From sequence record LT960552.1: a stretch of 64,000 bases of DNA, one strand, 5' to 3'. The notes under the pieces are model-generated. The model saw only the letters and a list, made by a program, of their open reading frames with translations. It searched no databases and was not told the DNA's origin. Shown here in pieces: positions 39,807 to 50,093 of the stretch; position 1 is the first letter of the stretch; the number at the start of each line of letters is the position of its first letter. The position numbers and the translations under genes were made by a program.

Positions 39807-42483
39807 CACATGCCTCAACTCGTCTAGCCATAACTTCAGCACGTCTAGGTGTTTGACTATACCATGCAGAATTTCTTATACCTGCCGCTGCACCTTTATA
39901 ATCACCACTTGCTAATGCTGCTAAAGTATTTTTAAACTTAAGTACTTTACCTTTACCCATTTGGAATACCATTTCAGTTAGTACTATTTGTACAATATAA
40001 GGTGTTTTCATATTATATTGTGCATATATTGATTGTGCATCTCTAACAGTTCTTACTAAGTCCTTTTGTAATAAAGCATCAGCAGTCGGTTCATCGATAC
40101 CACCAGGGAAATTATCATTTGCAGTTATTAAATGACCATATCCTATTGTTGGATAACCTAAACTATCTTTATATATCCAGAATCTACCACCACGGAAATA
40201 ACCGATAGCTGTTTGATATTGAATTGTTCCTTCAAATTCTTTAACTTCTTCAATCAATTTTCCATCAGATGCAGTTACCTTCCAATCTATAGAAGTTTTA
40301 TCAAGTGATGACAAATCCTCGGCTGGTGCTCTAGCAGTACTATTCGTATTTCGTTTAGTTGTGCTAGTTCTTCGTGGAACATGTCTAGAACCACGTTGTG
40401 AATACACTGAACCAATACTGTTAACCGTAGTGATAACAACTAATTCAGAACTATTTTCAGAATATCCAGTTACTGGTGCAGGATTTAAATTGGATGGTTT
40501 ACCCGCAATTAAACTTTTATTTGCTGCACTTGCTCCCTTTCCTGTTACAGTACTATAAAATAATCCAGGATCTACTGTTCCACTAAAACCATAAATGTTT
40601 GCAGATTGTAAACGTATTTCAAAATCAAATACTCCATTTGCAGTACCAATTTTTTGACCTTTAGTTACAGTATCTTTATTATTAACCGTAATGTTAATAT
40701 CATAAAATACAGATTTGTATCCAGTAGGATGTGTTATTATCAAACCACCTGTTGAAATTTTAGTAACTAATCCACCATCTGGTGCAACAACATCACCTTT
40801 AGCTTGGATAATCCATCCATTACGATTTGTGGTTGAACCGGATTGTGTAGGAACTCCTTTCCCCCAATAACCAAATTCACGAATTGTTCCAGTACAAGGC
40901 ATAAACATTTGCAAACCTTCGTATGTTGTGGTATAACTAACTGTTGTATTATCTTCACCACCATCACTAACAACTAAATCTTGAGAAAGTACTTGACCTA
41001 CTTCAGAAGTACTGTTAACATGCTGTACAGTCTCTTGTGCTTGCTGTTGTGGGGCTTCAGGAGCCACGTCATTAGCAGGTTCAGCCGTAGCAGGGGCATC
41101 GGCACTACTGTTTCCACCGCCCTGTACAGGGGGTGCCATTTGATCACTATGGTTACTAGCATCAACAAATGATTGGTGTAAATGAATATGGTCAGCTAAA
41201 CCAACTGATGGAGTTTTAAAATCAGGTGCACCCATTGGTGCAGTACTTGCAGTACTATCACCCTTAATGGTTAAGTTATTGCCGCCACCACCGATATTAA
41301 CGGCTGAACCTTTAATATCAACAGTACTTGATGCAGTTATTGCAGTATTTGAACCTGAAGTAATATTAGTACTTGAACCTGATTGTACTCGAATACTTGC
41401 ACCAGCAACTAGACGTAAATCTGCCCCAGCATTTATAACAACTTGACCATTAACGATAGCATCCAATTTACCAACTAGATTAAGTTTAGTATCTCCTTGA
41501 ATGCTCATATTTAAATTTCTACCTGCTTCAAAGTTAATATCACGAGAAGCAGTAAAGTTAAAATCTTCTTCAGTTCTAAAAGTAATACTTTTAGTAGCAT
41601 GAACCAAAATTTGTCCATCAACTGTCATTTCAAAACGTGCAGTACCATCTCGATTTATTAAAAATACGTTACCATCACTTTCTGATAGTAAAAACTGTGC
41701 ACCACTACGTGTTCTAAGTATTATTCCTTCATTTTTTCGAGTCCCAACTGCTGTATCGTTTACTGGATTATTAAATTGAGTATTTTGATAACTATCTTGG
41801 TCATCATCCCAATTTGGAGCAGTTAATTCGGCATCAGTATATCCATCATCCATTACAAACGTATTACCACGTGGAGAAGCCATTCCATATGTAGTACTGA
41901 TAGTTTGTCTAGTACTACTTCTGTTTGGTACACCTTTTTGTGCATCATAAAGAAGATTTTGTTTTTTCAAACCTTCCACTAATGGAACGTTTACATATTT
42001 TTGGTCTAATTGTGTTTGTATTGTATTTCTATCATAATCAGTTATTGGTACTGGCATATCATAACCACTATTTGGCATATTTTGTGATGCAGCACCAGGA
42101 ACCATTGTATTCATTCGGTCATCATAACCACATGCGAACCACCAACATTCATGAATATTACCATTAGCAAAGAAAATTGCGACTGTTACACCAACATCAG
42201 GTGGTACAGCCCAAAATCCATAGCCTTTTGGAAATTGTTGATATGATTCAGCTCCTGGTGTTCCTGGTGTTCTTCCAGCGAATGGTGAAAGATATGATGC
42301 AGTAAGCCATGAACCTTTTGAATCCTTATCACTTTGAGAATTTTGTACCCAAACTTTCAATTTACCAGTTTTTTTAGGATCACGATTGTCCATAACAGTT
42401 GCTAACTGAACAAATTGTGGATTAAATCTGGCATTCTGATTTTTAGAAAACTCCATACTTTTGCTAGTGCTATTATCACCCAT
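39802..42483 (-). CDS. Central spike / baseplate hub protein (T4 gp5/VgrG-like) with C-terminal degenerate M23 and GH24 lysozyme domains
   Basis: N-terminal OB-fold (DPKKTGKLKVWV, GFWAVPPDVG), beta-helix repeats, HIHLH tip motif, M23-like segment, and C-terminal lysozyme FEG...YKDSLGYPTIGYGHL. Confidence 0.85.
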   Translation of the reverse strand: MGDNSTSKSMEFSKNQNARFNPQFVQLATVMDNRDPKKTGKLKVWVQNSQSDKDSKGSWLTASYLSPFAGRTPGTPGAESYQQFPKGYGFWAVPPDVGVTVAIFFANGNIHECWWFACGYDDRMNTMVPGAASQNMPNSGYDMPVPITDYDRNTIQTQLDQKYVNVPLVEGLKKQNLLYDAQKGVPNRSSTRQTISTTYGMASPRGNTFVMDDGYTDAELTAPNWDDDQDSYQNTQFNNPVNDTAVGTRKNEGIILRTRSGAQFLLSESDGNVFLINRDGTARFEMTVDGQILVHATKSITFRTEEDFNFTASRDINFEAGRNLNMSIQGDTKLNLVGKLDAIVNGQVVINAGADLRLVAGASIRVQSGSSTNITSGSNTAITASSTVDIKGSAVNIGGGGNNLTIKGDSTASTAPMGAPDFKTPSVGLADHIHLHQSFVDASNHSDQMAPPVQGGGNSSADAPATAEPANDVAPEAPQQQAQETVQHVNSTSEVGQVLSQDLVVSDGGEDNTTVSYTTTYEGLQMFMPCTGTIREFGYWGKGVPTQSGSTTNRNGWIIQAKGDVVAPDGGLVTKISTGGLIITHPTGYKSVFYDINITVNNKDTVTKGQKIGTANGVFDFEIRLQSANIYGFSGTVDPGLFYSTVTGKGASAANKSLIAGKPSNLNPAPVTGYSENSSELVVITTVNSIGSVYSQRGSRHVPRRTSTTKRNTNSTARAPAEDLSSLDKTSIDWKVTASDGKLIEEVKEFEGTIQYQTAIGYFRGGRFWIYKDSLGYPTIGYGHLITANDNFPGGIDEPTADALLQKDLVRTVRDAQSIYAQYNMKTPYIVQIVLTEMVFQMGKGKVLKFKNTLAALASGDYKGAAAGIRNSAWYSQTPRRAEVMARRVEACE

Positions 42484-44845
42484 TGTTACTTCCTTCCGTG
42501 TTATCTGTATAATTTTCTTTACGTCTTAATGAACGAATTACTAAACCACCAGTTATTTGTTGTGTAAATGTTCCATTACTATTGAATTCACTTACAACTT
42601 TATTAACTCTATATAATGTTTGTGCAAATACTGATGTTTGATTGATTTCTAATATACCAGTACTATCACTAATAGCTACTATTGGTTTTAGATTCAATAA
42701 TAAGTAAGTTTCAGATGTAAGATAGTTTGCAAAATGAACATCACTAGGATCTGGTTTAATATCTTCACCTTGTACCGCACGTTTTAGATATTTCATGAAT
42801 GAATAATCACCCCAACCTAACCAGAACGGGTCACCTAGTACTTTCATGTCTAGTTTAGCTAAAAATGATCGATTATAATAATTATCACGAACTAATCTAC
42901 GTTCAAGTTCGTCATCTGAGCTATTATCACCCTTAGTACCAGAGTTTGTTTGTTTTATATTGGTAGGTTCAACTGGAATACTATTAACCTTTGGAATACC
43001 TATACCATTAGTCCCATCTACTGTTAAATCGAAGTCTTTTCTAAAATCTTCAATATATTTTGGCAAAGATGGTGATAATGATAGGTTATATTCGTCTTGA
43101 TCTTCATCTCCTTCAGTTGGTGTTTGCTTTTCTTGAGCTAAATTTTGTGCATCTCGAATGAATTGACGTTCTTCATCATTTAAAGTTCTACCATTTTCTT
43201 GATCATGTTCCAAACTTCTTGATTTTTTCCAAATATCACTAAAACCATCAGCGGTATTGTATTGTTGACCCGCAAGTTCTAATAATTCGGCTTTATGTGT
43301 ACCAGCGGAGTTATCTTGGTCAATTTGTGATTGTGGATTACGAACAACTGCTAAATTAAATCCCTGATCGAATTTTAAATCCAAATTAACAATTTCATTG
43401 TTCAAACCACTAAATTGATAATCATATCTCTTAGCATTAATCTTTGGAATTTTTGATTGGTCAGTTTCATCTATAATTTTGTCAGCATTTTGCCTAAAGT
43501 ACTCTAAATTGAACCGTTCTTCATGCAAATCGTCTTTTGAGGTTACATCACCGATTTTATATTTTAAAACATAGAAATAACTTTTAAATGCAGATGTATT
43601 TCTGATATTATCATATCCAACATATCTTGATACTGGTATAATGTTCACAAACTGTCTACGTTTATCAGTACTATCATGTAATGGCATACAACAATCTAAT
43701 ACATCATCAATTACTCGTGATACTGCTAAACTAGCTGCCCATGAGAATTGTTTTGCTGCATCTTGTCCGTTTCCAGTTTGATTAACTTCTGGACTTTGTT
43801 TGGAATCATAGTTAATTGTCATATTAGCTAATTCATTTGGACATGAAATCTCAAAAAATTTATTATCTGCAAAAGCTGCATATTTAAATCGTAAGTATCC
43901 GTATTGATCGGTTGCTATTTTATTTAAATGGTCTTCTAATTGTTGTAAAAATCCACCAAACGTTGCAGTAGTACAAGTATAAGGTTCCATTAACGTCCAA
44001 TCTTTATTTTCCATAATACCACCACGAGTACTTGTCATAGTGAAGGTATAATTCATAGTACCGCCTGATGGAGATGCAGAACCTGATATAGTATTGATTC
44101 TCATACCCCATTTTCGATTTAAACCTGGTATAATCATTGGTTCGCCTGATACCCCATCATAACCAACGAAATTAAGTTCCATTACTAATGGAACATCCAT
44201 AAATTTATTATATCCAAGTTCATTTGATAGTACTACTAGGTCATCAAATAAACTCATACCTCCATTTTCTTGAACTTCCATAGTACATGAGTTTAATGAA
44301 TAGTTAGAGGTAAGTCCAGGTGTTGCTGGACCAGCAGATGTGATTTTAACACTATTAATACTATATTTTCCGGTTACACCACTTTGTGCAATTACATATT
44401 TTGATATTGCTGCATCAGAGTTTTCAAAAAATAATTCATATTCTTGATGATTCATTGTATATAATGAAAAATTCCATGTATAATTATGATATTGTTGTAA
44501 AGGGTTATCATATGGTAAAATCATTTCATTTAAATTTAAATTTGAATATGTTCCATCAGGAGCATTAAATGATTTTTGTTTTTCCTCGGTAGCTCTTAGT
44601 ACATAACCATTAGGTGTACCAGGAATCATCCCTTTTACTTTAGCAGAAGTAGTATCAGCAGCATTTTTAATAGTATTAACAGCAGCATTACTAGCAGTTA
44701 CTGCATTATTTTTAACATTTTGTGCAGTTGTTCCTATATCATCAGCAGTTAATAATAATTGGTCGATTGTACCTTCAACGTTGTCTTGAGCTGCTTGAAC
44801 TTTTCCATTAGTTGCTTTATTAACTATATTATTAATAGACGCCAT
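42476..44845 (-). CDS. Baseplate hub protein (gp27/gpD-like, putative)
   Basis: 789 aa directly upstream of the spike gene; NPLQQYHNYTWNFSL and LDMKVLGDPFWL motifs typical of large-myophage hub proteins. Confidence 0.6.
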   Translation of the reverse strand: MASINNIVNKATNGKVQAAQDNVEGTIDQLLLTADDIGTTAQNVKNNAVTASNAAVNTIKNAADTTSAKVKGMIPGTPNGYVLRATEEKQKSFNAPDGTYSNLNLNEMILPYDNPLQQYHNYTWNFSLYTMNHQEYELFFENSDAAISKYVIAQSGVTGKYSINSVKITSAGPATPGLTSNYSLNSCTMEVQENGGMSLFDDLVVLSNELGYNKFMDVPLVMELNFVGYDGVSGEPMIIPGLNRKWGMRINTISGSASPSGGTMNYTFTMTSTRGGIMENKDWTLMEPYTCTTATFGGFLQQLEDHLNKIATDQYGYLRFKYAAFADNKFFEISCPNELANMTINYDSKQSPEVNQTGNGQDAAKQFSWAASLAVSRVIDDVLDCCMPLHDSTDKRRQFVNIIPVSRYVGYDNIRNTSAFKSYFYVLKYKIGDVTSKDDLHEERFNLEYFRQNADKIIDETDQSKIPKINAKRYDYQFSGLNNEIVNLDLKFDQGFNLAVVRNPQSQIDQDNSAGTHKAELLELAGQQYNTADGFSDIWKKSRSLEHDQENGRTLNDEERQFIRDAQNLAQEKQTPTEGDEDQDEYNLSLSPSLPKYIEDFRKDFDLTVDGTNGIGIPKVNSIPVEPTNIKQTNSGTKGDNSSDDELERRLVRDNYYNRSFLAKLDMKVLGDPFWLGWGDYSFMKYLKRAVQGEDIKPDPSDVHFANYLTSETYLLLNLKPIVAISDSTGILEINQTSVFAQTLYRVNKVVSEFNSNGTFTQQITGGLVIRSLRRKENYTDNTEGSNNG

Positions 44846-44857
44846 GTTGTTTTATCC

Positions 44858-45172
44858 TTAAGAAATATTTCTAGAACCATTTAACCAATTTTGCACACGC
44901 TGTAATGTTGGTATTAAAATTGTTGTCCCACTTTTAAAATCATAAATTGGATCAACTAAAAGATTAGGGTTTAAAAGTGCAAATACATAATATAAGCGTT
45001 CATTACCATATAAATTTTTAGCTAATCTCCAAGGTTGTTCATCATACTGATTCGGAATTGTATATTCAATATCGGAATCAGCCGGATATAAAGGTGCAGG
45101 TAAATTATACTCTAGATACCATGTTTGTGTAGTTTTAGCATACGGAGAGTACTGACTGTATTTTGATGCCAT
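44858..45172 (-). CDS. Baseplate wedge protein (T4 gp53/LysM-like)
   Basis: YTIP..YDEQPWRLAKNLYGNERLYYVFALLNP...DPIYDFKSGTTILIP. Confidence 0.8.
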   Translation of the reverse strand: MASKYSQYSPYAKTTQTWYLEYNLPAPLYPADSDIEYTIPNQYDEQPWRLAKNLYGNERLYYVFALLNPNLLVDPIYDFKSGTTILIPTLQRVQNWLNGSRNIS

Positions 45173-45915
45173 TAGATAAATCCTCCTTTACGTAATAATT
45201 CACCACGTTTAAATGCATTCAAATTAAATTTGTTAGTCATATAATCTGGTGTAGGTTGTTGTTCCAGTTGAATAGTGATTGACATTTTCTGAGGAACCCA
45301 TACTTCATTTTCTGGATTTACTGTTCCAATATCTCTTATATTTTCAAAGTACTGACGTGTTGTTTTATCAGAAAAGTCAAATCCATCAATAGATGAATCA
45401 ACTGGTACTTGAATATAAGAAACATCATCTGGATAACTAAATGAATATGATTTAACAATAACAGGAATATCATTATATATGTATCTTCCATAACCACTTA
45501 ATATTAATATTGGTGGTGGTGCACCAACTACTGCAAAATCAGGATTTTGTGAATTTGCAGCTTGTCGTCCGAAGTCCATCAATGTTACTGAACGTAGGAA
45601 ATGCATACATGCTAATGTATACATTGCTTCCATTGCTGTTCCAGCATAGAAAGTACCTTGTATTGTTATTACAGTATTTGATGTATTTTTATAATTATTA
45701 TAGCCACTATTAGTATGTACTGGCTGATCCATTTCGTAATTTACGTTTCGTTGTTCCGAAATAACAGGAGTATAGTTCCATACCATACCATTAGTTACAC
45801 GAAGCATTGATAAAATGGAAGGTTGATGTTGTTGACCAGTACCAAAATCACCATATACATAGTTTGCAGCAGCATCTTTTGGTCTTAATCTCATTCTACG
45901 ATCTATCATATACAT
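45172..45915 (-). CDS. Tail tube initiator / baseplate protein (gp48/gp54/P2 gpU-like, putative)
   Basis: GAPPPILILSGYGRYIYNDIPVIVKSYSF motif; first gene of the baseplate operon, next to the gp53-like gene. Confidence 0.6.
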   Translation of the reverse strand: MYMIDRRMRLRPKDAAANYVYGDFGTGQQHQPSILSMLRVTNGMVWNYTPVISEQRNVNYEMDQPVHTNSGYNNYKNTSNTVITIQGTFYAGTAMEAMYTLACMHFLRSVTLMDFGRQAANSQNPDFAVVGAPPPILILSGYGRYIYNDIPVIVKSYSFSYPDDVSYIQVPVDSSIDGFDFSDKTTRQYFENIRDIGTVNPENEVWVPQKMSITIQLEQQPTPDYMTNKFNLNAFKRGELLRKGGFI

Positions 45916-45937
45916 TCTCCAAGAAAATATTATGAAG

Positions 45938-45945
45938 TATTTATT
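45938..45945 (-). promoter_or_regulatory. T4-type late promoter (AATAAATA)
   Basis: NATAAATA box heading the baseplate operon. Confidence 0.55.
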
Positions 45946-45948
45946 AGA

Positions 45949-45977
45949 TGGAACGTTTTAGAAAATTGTGGTATAAT
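45949..45977 (+). promoter_or_regulatory. Early/middle-type promoter (TGGAAC-N17-TATAAT)
   Basis: TGGAAC 45949-45954; TGG-TATAAT 45972-45977. Confidence 0.75.
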
Positions 45978-46024
45978 ATAGAGGTAAAACAAGGATCGTT
46001 TTATAATAAAACATGGAGATTTTT

Positions 46025-46888
46025 ATGGCAGTTAAACCTAAACGCAAGAAGTATTTGAACAACGCGGATTTGCTACGAGAGATTCATATCAGTAAAATGT
46101 CATACTGTTGGGTACTAGACGATGCTTACAGTATGTACGATTATATCGTCTTTGACGAGTCCGAAATTACTGAAGAATTAATTGAAATTGCATCAGCAGA
46201 GCGAATTAAACGTTTAAATTCAAATACGTTAGATATTATTCGTGTGAGTAATGGATTTACTACAAAGAAAGCCAAAGAACATGCAGAAGAACATGGACTA
46301 CTTATTAGTACTGTTCCTATTGATGAAGTTGTTATAAGAGTTATTAACAACGAGCATATACCGTTCATTGAAAACACGTTAGTTGAAAAGAAAGTACGTA
46401 CAAATTTTGAACCATTTAAACACTATATAGTAGATGATAGTGGTGAATTATATGAAGTAGCACGTTCTCATTGGAAAGGTAATTTAGATGAAGGTGATTT
46501 TTCATTAACTCATGGAAGAATGACAAATGAACTTGGTAAAATGTTCATTAAACTAGCAGAAGAAATTTCACATAAACCAAACTATCGTAACTATACATAT
46601 TTGGATGAAATGATGGGAGATGCTAGAATTCAATTGGTTAAAAATGCATTACTTTTTAATGAAAGTATATTGTATAAGAAAATAAAACCAGCAGTTCAAC
46701 TTAACCCTTTCGCATATTACACCTCATTTGTTAATAATGCATTTCGTTCAGTACTTAATGCTGAAAAAAATGTACGTAACATTCGTGATGACCTATTGGA
46801 AATTCAAGGATACAATCCGAGTCATACAAGACAAATTGAAATTGAGATGAAAATGCTAGAAAGGAAGCAAACCAATGGCACTGTTTGA
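46025..46888 (+). CDS. Late-transcription sigma factor (T4 gp55-like)
   Basis: YLNNADLLREI; LGKMFIKLAEEISHKPNYRNYTYLDEMMGDA; NPFAYYTSFVNNAF; located upstream of gp47/gp46 as in T4. Confidence 0.88.
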   Translation: MAVKPKRKKYLNNADLLREIHISKMSYCWVLDDAYSMYDYIVFDESEITEELIEIASAERIKRLNSNTLDIIRVSNGFTTKKAKEHAEEHGLLISTVPIDEVVIRVINNEHIPFIENTLVEKKVRTNFEPFKHYIVDDSGELYEVARSHWKGNLDEGDFSLTHGRMTNELGKMFIKLAEEISHKPNYRNYTYLDEMMGDARIQLVKNALLFNESILYKKIKPAVQLNPFAYYTSFVNNAFRSVLNAEKNVRNIRDDLLEIQGYNPSHTRQIEIEMKMLERKQTNGTV

Positions 46889-47909
46889 TAAAGCAATTAC
46901 ATTTACTGATATTCATTTAGGATTAAAAAATAACAGTAAAGAACATAATATTGATTGCGTGAACTTTGTTAAGTTCATGATTGAAGAAGCAACTAAACGA
47001 GATATAAAAATATGTATTTTTATGGGAGATTTTTTCCATAATAGAAGTAATGTTAATATTAATACATTAAATTATGGTTTAGAAATAATGACTATACTGA
47101 ATAATCATTTCGATAAAACATATTTTCTTGTTGGAAACCATGATATGTATCATAAAAATAAACGTGACATAACCAGTATTAATATGGCACGTGTATTTGA
47201 AAAGATACATTTTATAAACAACATAGAAACCATTGATGATTGTACGTTTATTCCTTTTATGGTTGATGATGAATATCAACAACTACCAAATTTAAAAAGT
47301 AAGTATGTTTTTGGACATTTAGAACTTCCTGGATATCTTTTAAACAAAATGATTGAAATGCCAGATCATGGAAAAGAAACTGAAGAATCATTTGGTGGAT
47401 GTGATTATGTGTTTAGTGGTCATTTTCATAAACGACAAGCAAAAGTAACTACTAAAGGTACAAAAGTACTATACACTGGTAATTGTTTTCCACATAACTT
47501 CTCAGATACATGGGATGACGCACGTGGAGTAATGATACTAGTTCATGGACTTGAACCTGAATTTATTATGTGGCCTAATGCACCACGTTATAGAACATTT
47601 TCATTATCAGAGATGTTATCTGAACCAACATATTATCTTGAAGATAATGTGGTTGCAAAAATACAAATTGATATCCCAATTACAATGGATGAAATTAGTT
47701 TTATACGAGAAACTTTTTGTAAGCTATATAATATAAGAGAATTCAATATCATACCAAGTAATAAGTCACTACAAAATGACTTTAGTGGTAATGATATTGC
47801 AACTACAACAGAATCAGTTGATGATATTGTTATTTCTCAAATTAAAGAAAACAAATCAAATATAATCGACAATGATTTATTAATACAAATTTATTTTTCA
47901 CTATCATAA
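46875..47909 (+). CDS. Recombination endonuclease subunit (T4 gp47, Mre11/SbcD-like)
   Basis: Phosphoesterase motifs TDIHLG, GDFFH, VGNHD, FGHLE, SGHFH. Confidence 0.93.
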   Translation: MALFDKAITFTDIHLGLKNNSKEHNIDCVNFVKFMIEEATKRDIKICIFMGDFFHNRSNVNINTLNYGLEIMTILNNHFDKTYFLVGNHDMYHKNKRDITSINMARVFEKIHFINNIETIDDCTFIPFMVDDEYQQLPNLKSKYVFGHLELPGYLLNKMIEMPDHGKETEESFGGCDYVFSGHFHKRQAKVTTKGTKVLYTGNCFPHNFSDTWDDARGVMILVHGLEPEFIMWPNAPRYRTFSLSEMLSEPTYYLEDNVVAKIQIDIPITMDEISFIRETFCKLYNIREFNIIPSNKSLQNDFSGNDIATTTESVDDIVISQIKENKSNIIDNDLLIQIYFSLS

Positions 47910-47922
47910 AATGGAGGCAAGA

Positions 47923-50064
47923 ATGCTATCTATAAAACGTATTTCAATGCGTAATTTCTTTTCTTTTGGTAATGCTCCACAAGTTGTGGATTTAGATAGT
48001 ACTGACATATCTCTAATTTTAGGTCAAAATAATGATGCTGCACCAGGAGATGATAATTCTGGTCGCAGAAATGGAGTAGGTAAGTCAGCTATTAACCAAG
48101 CAATTGTATTTGGATTGTATGGAAAAAGTATTGGGAATGATATTAAAATTCCAAACTTAGTTAATAAAATTAACTCAAAGAATTGTGAAGTTATTATTGA
48201 TTTTGAAAAAGATGGTGTAGAATATAGAATAGAACGTGGGAGATCTCCCACGTTTTTTAATTTCTATCGACTAGATGAGAATAATAACGTATCTGATGAA
48301 TCTCGTGGAGAAAAGAAAGATACACAAGAAGATCTAACCGAAATATTAGGAATATCACAGTTACTATTAGAACATATTGTTATATTGAATGCGAGTGTAG
48401 AACCATTTTTATCACTTTCACAACAAAAACAACGTGAAATTATAGAAGAACTTCTTGGAATTACACAACTAACAGAAAAAGCAAATCTATTAAAAGATAT
48501 GTACAAAGAAACTAAACGATTAGCAGATCAAGAAAAATTCAAAATTGAAACAATAACTGAATCTAACAAACGTATAGAACAAAGTATAGAAACTTTACAA
48601 TTAAGAGCTAATGAATTCGAATCTAAAAAAATAAAAACAATACAAGAATTAAATGAACATTTGGAAGATTTTAAAGATGTAGATTTCGACCATTTATTAA
48701 AAATTGCAGAAGAAATGGCATCAGCAATTGCACATAATAATTCTCGTAGTAATCTTGAAACTAGAGTAACACAACTAGTGGCTAAGCATGAAGAATACTC
48801 AAATTCATTACAATCAAAGAAAAATACTTTAATTAACAGTATTAATGAATTAAGTACTTTTAATATTTCATCTGAACTTAAATTGCATGAAGATTTAGAA
48901 TCATGGAATTCATTAAATCAATTATTAAAAGAAACATTGAACACTAAACGATTTAAAGAACAACAATTAAAATCGATTTCTGATAAAATTATGTTACAGG
49001 AACGTTCATTAATAGCTGAACAACAAAAATTAGATGATATAGCAAATAGTAAATGTCCATTATGTAAAAATTCACTTCAACATGATGAAAATCATGAAAA
49101 TATTAAACATAAGTCTGAAAATGAAGTTGAAAAACTACTTTCTACTATAGAAATACTAAAAAATGAACAACAAAGTACACAACTTGAAATAAGTTCATTG
49201 GAAATTTACGAAATGCCAACTAAACCAGTTACATATTATAGTTCTGTGTCTGAAGCTAAGTTGCATGAACATAAATTAGAGGAACTAACTAAGAAAAGTA
49301 CTGAAGAAGATATTAACATTTATGATGAAGAACTTTTAACTGTATACTCTGAATTAGAAAGTACTGAAATTAAAGATGTTATTGAATGGTATAGTATTGA
49401 TGAAGTGAAAGAACTTCAACATTCATATAATTCATACATTTCGTCATTAGAACGTGAATCAAATTCACAAAATCCTTATTTTGACCAAATTGAAACACTT
49501 AAACATAACTCATTACAGTCAGTTGATTATGATGAATACAACAAATTAACAAAACTTGCTGATCATCAAGATTATTTGACTAAATTATTGATGAATAAAG
49601 ATTCATTTGTTCGTCGCCGCATCATTGAACAAAATATATCATTCTTGAACTCTAGATTGCAGTACTGGATTGATAAATCAGGTTCACAACATACGGTTGA
49701 ATTCCTAAATGACCTAAGTGTAGACATAAACCTAAATGGTCAGTCATATGATTTCAAACAATTATCTCGTGGTGAAAGAACTCGTGTAATTCTATCATTG
49801 AATTTAGCATTTCGTGACACATATGAGTCATTGTACCAAAATATTAACATTATGTTCGTTGATGAATTACTAGACAATGGTCTAGATAGTGGTGGTATAG
49901 AAAGTGCATGGCATATGTTACAAGATTTGAGTGCAGTTAGAGGAAAAAACATCTTCGTAGTATCACATCGTGAAGAATTAGTCAATAGAGCTAATTCCAT
50001 ATTACGAGTAGTTAAAGAAGATAGCTTTAGTACTGTAGAGTACTGTGATGTACTTGATTTATAA
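47923..50064 (+). CDS. Recombination ATPase subunit (T4 gp46, Rad50/SbcC-like)
   Basis: RNFFSFGN, Walker A NGVGKS, CPLC zinc hook, LSRGE signature, MFVDELLDNGLD, VVSH. RBS GGAGG before ATG 47923. Confidence 0.93.
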   Translation: MLSIKRISMRNFFSFGNAPQVVDLDSTDISLILGQNNDAAPGDDNSGRRNGVGKSAINQAIVFGLYGKSIGNDIKIPNLVNKINSKNCEVIIDFEKDGVEYRIERGRSPTFFNFYRLDENNNVSDESRGEKKDTQEDLTEILGISQLLLEHIVILNASVEPFLSLSQQKQREIIEELLGITQLTEKANLLKDMYKETKRLADQEKFKIETITESNKRIEQSIETLQLRANEFESKKIKTIQELNEHLEDFKDVDFDHLLKIAEEMASAIAHNNSRSNLETRVTQLVAKHEEYSNSLQSKKNTLINSINELSTFNISSELKLHEDLESWNSLNQLLKETLNTKRFKEQQLKSISDKIMLQERSLIAEQQKLDDIANSKCPLCKNSLQHDENHENIKHKSENEVEKLLSTIEILKNEQQSTQLEISSLEIYEMPTKPVTYYSSVSEAKLHEHKLEELTKKSTEEDINIYDEELLTVYSELESTEIKDVIEWYSIDEVKELQHSYNSYISSLERESNSQNPYFDQIETLKHNSLQSVDYDEYNKLTKLADHQDYLTKLLMNKDSFVRRRIIEQNISFLNSRLQYWIDKSGSQHTVEFLNDLSVDINLNGQSYDFKQLSRGERTRVILSLNLAFRDTYESLYQNINIMFVDELLDNGLDSGGIESAWHMLQDLSAVRGKNIFVVSHREELVNRANSILRVVKEDSFSTVEYCDVLDL

Positions 50065-50065
50065 C

Positions 50066-50093
50066 AAAAAGGAGCCATTAGGCTCCTTTTTTT
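50066..50093. terminator. Bidirectional intrinsic terminator
   Basis: AAAAAGGAGCC-ATTA-GGCTCCTTTTT. Confidence 0.85.

Noticed and set aside
46875-50064. Inteins or introns in gp47/gp46, portal or capsid genes
   Set aside because: Motifs are contiguous and lengths are as expected; no intein splice motifs or interrupted frames were seen.
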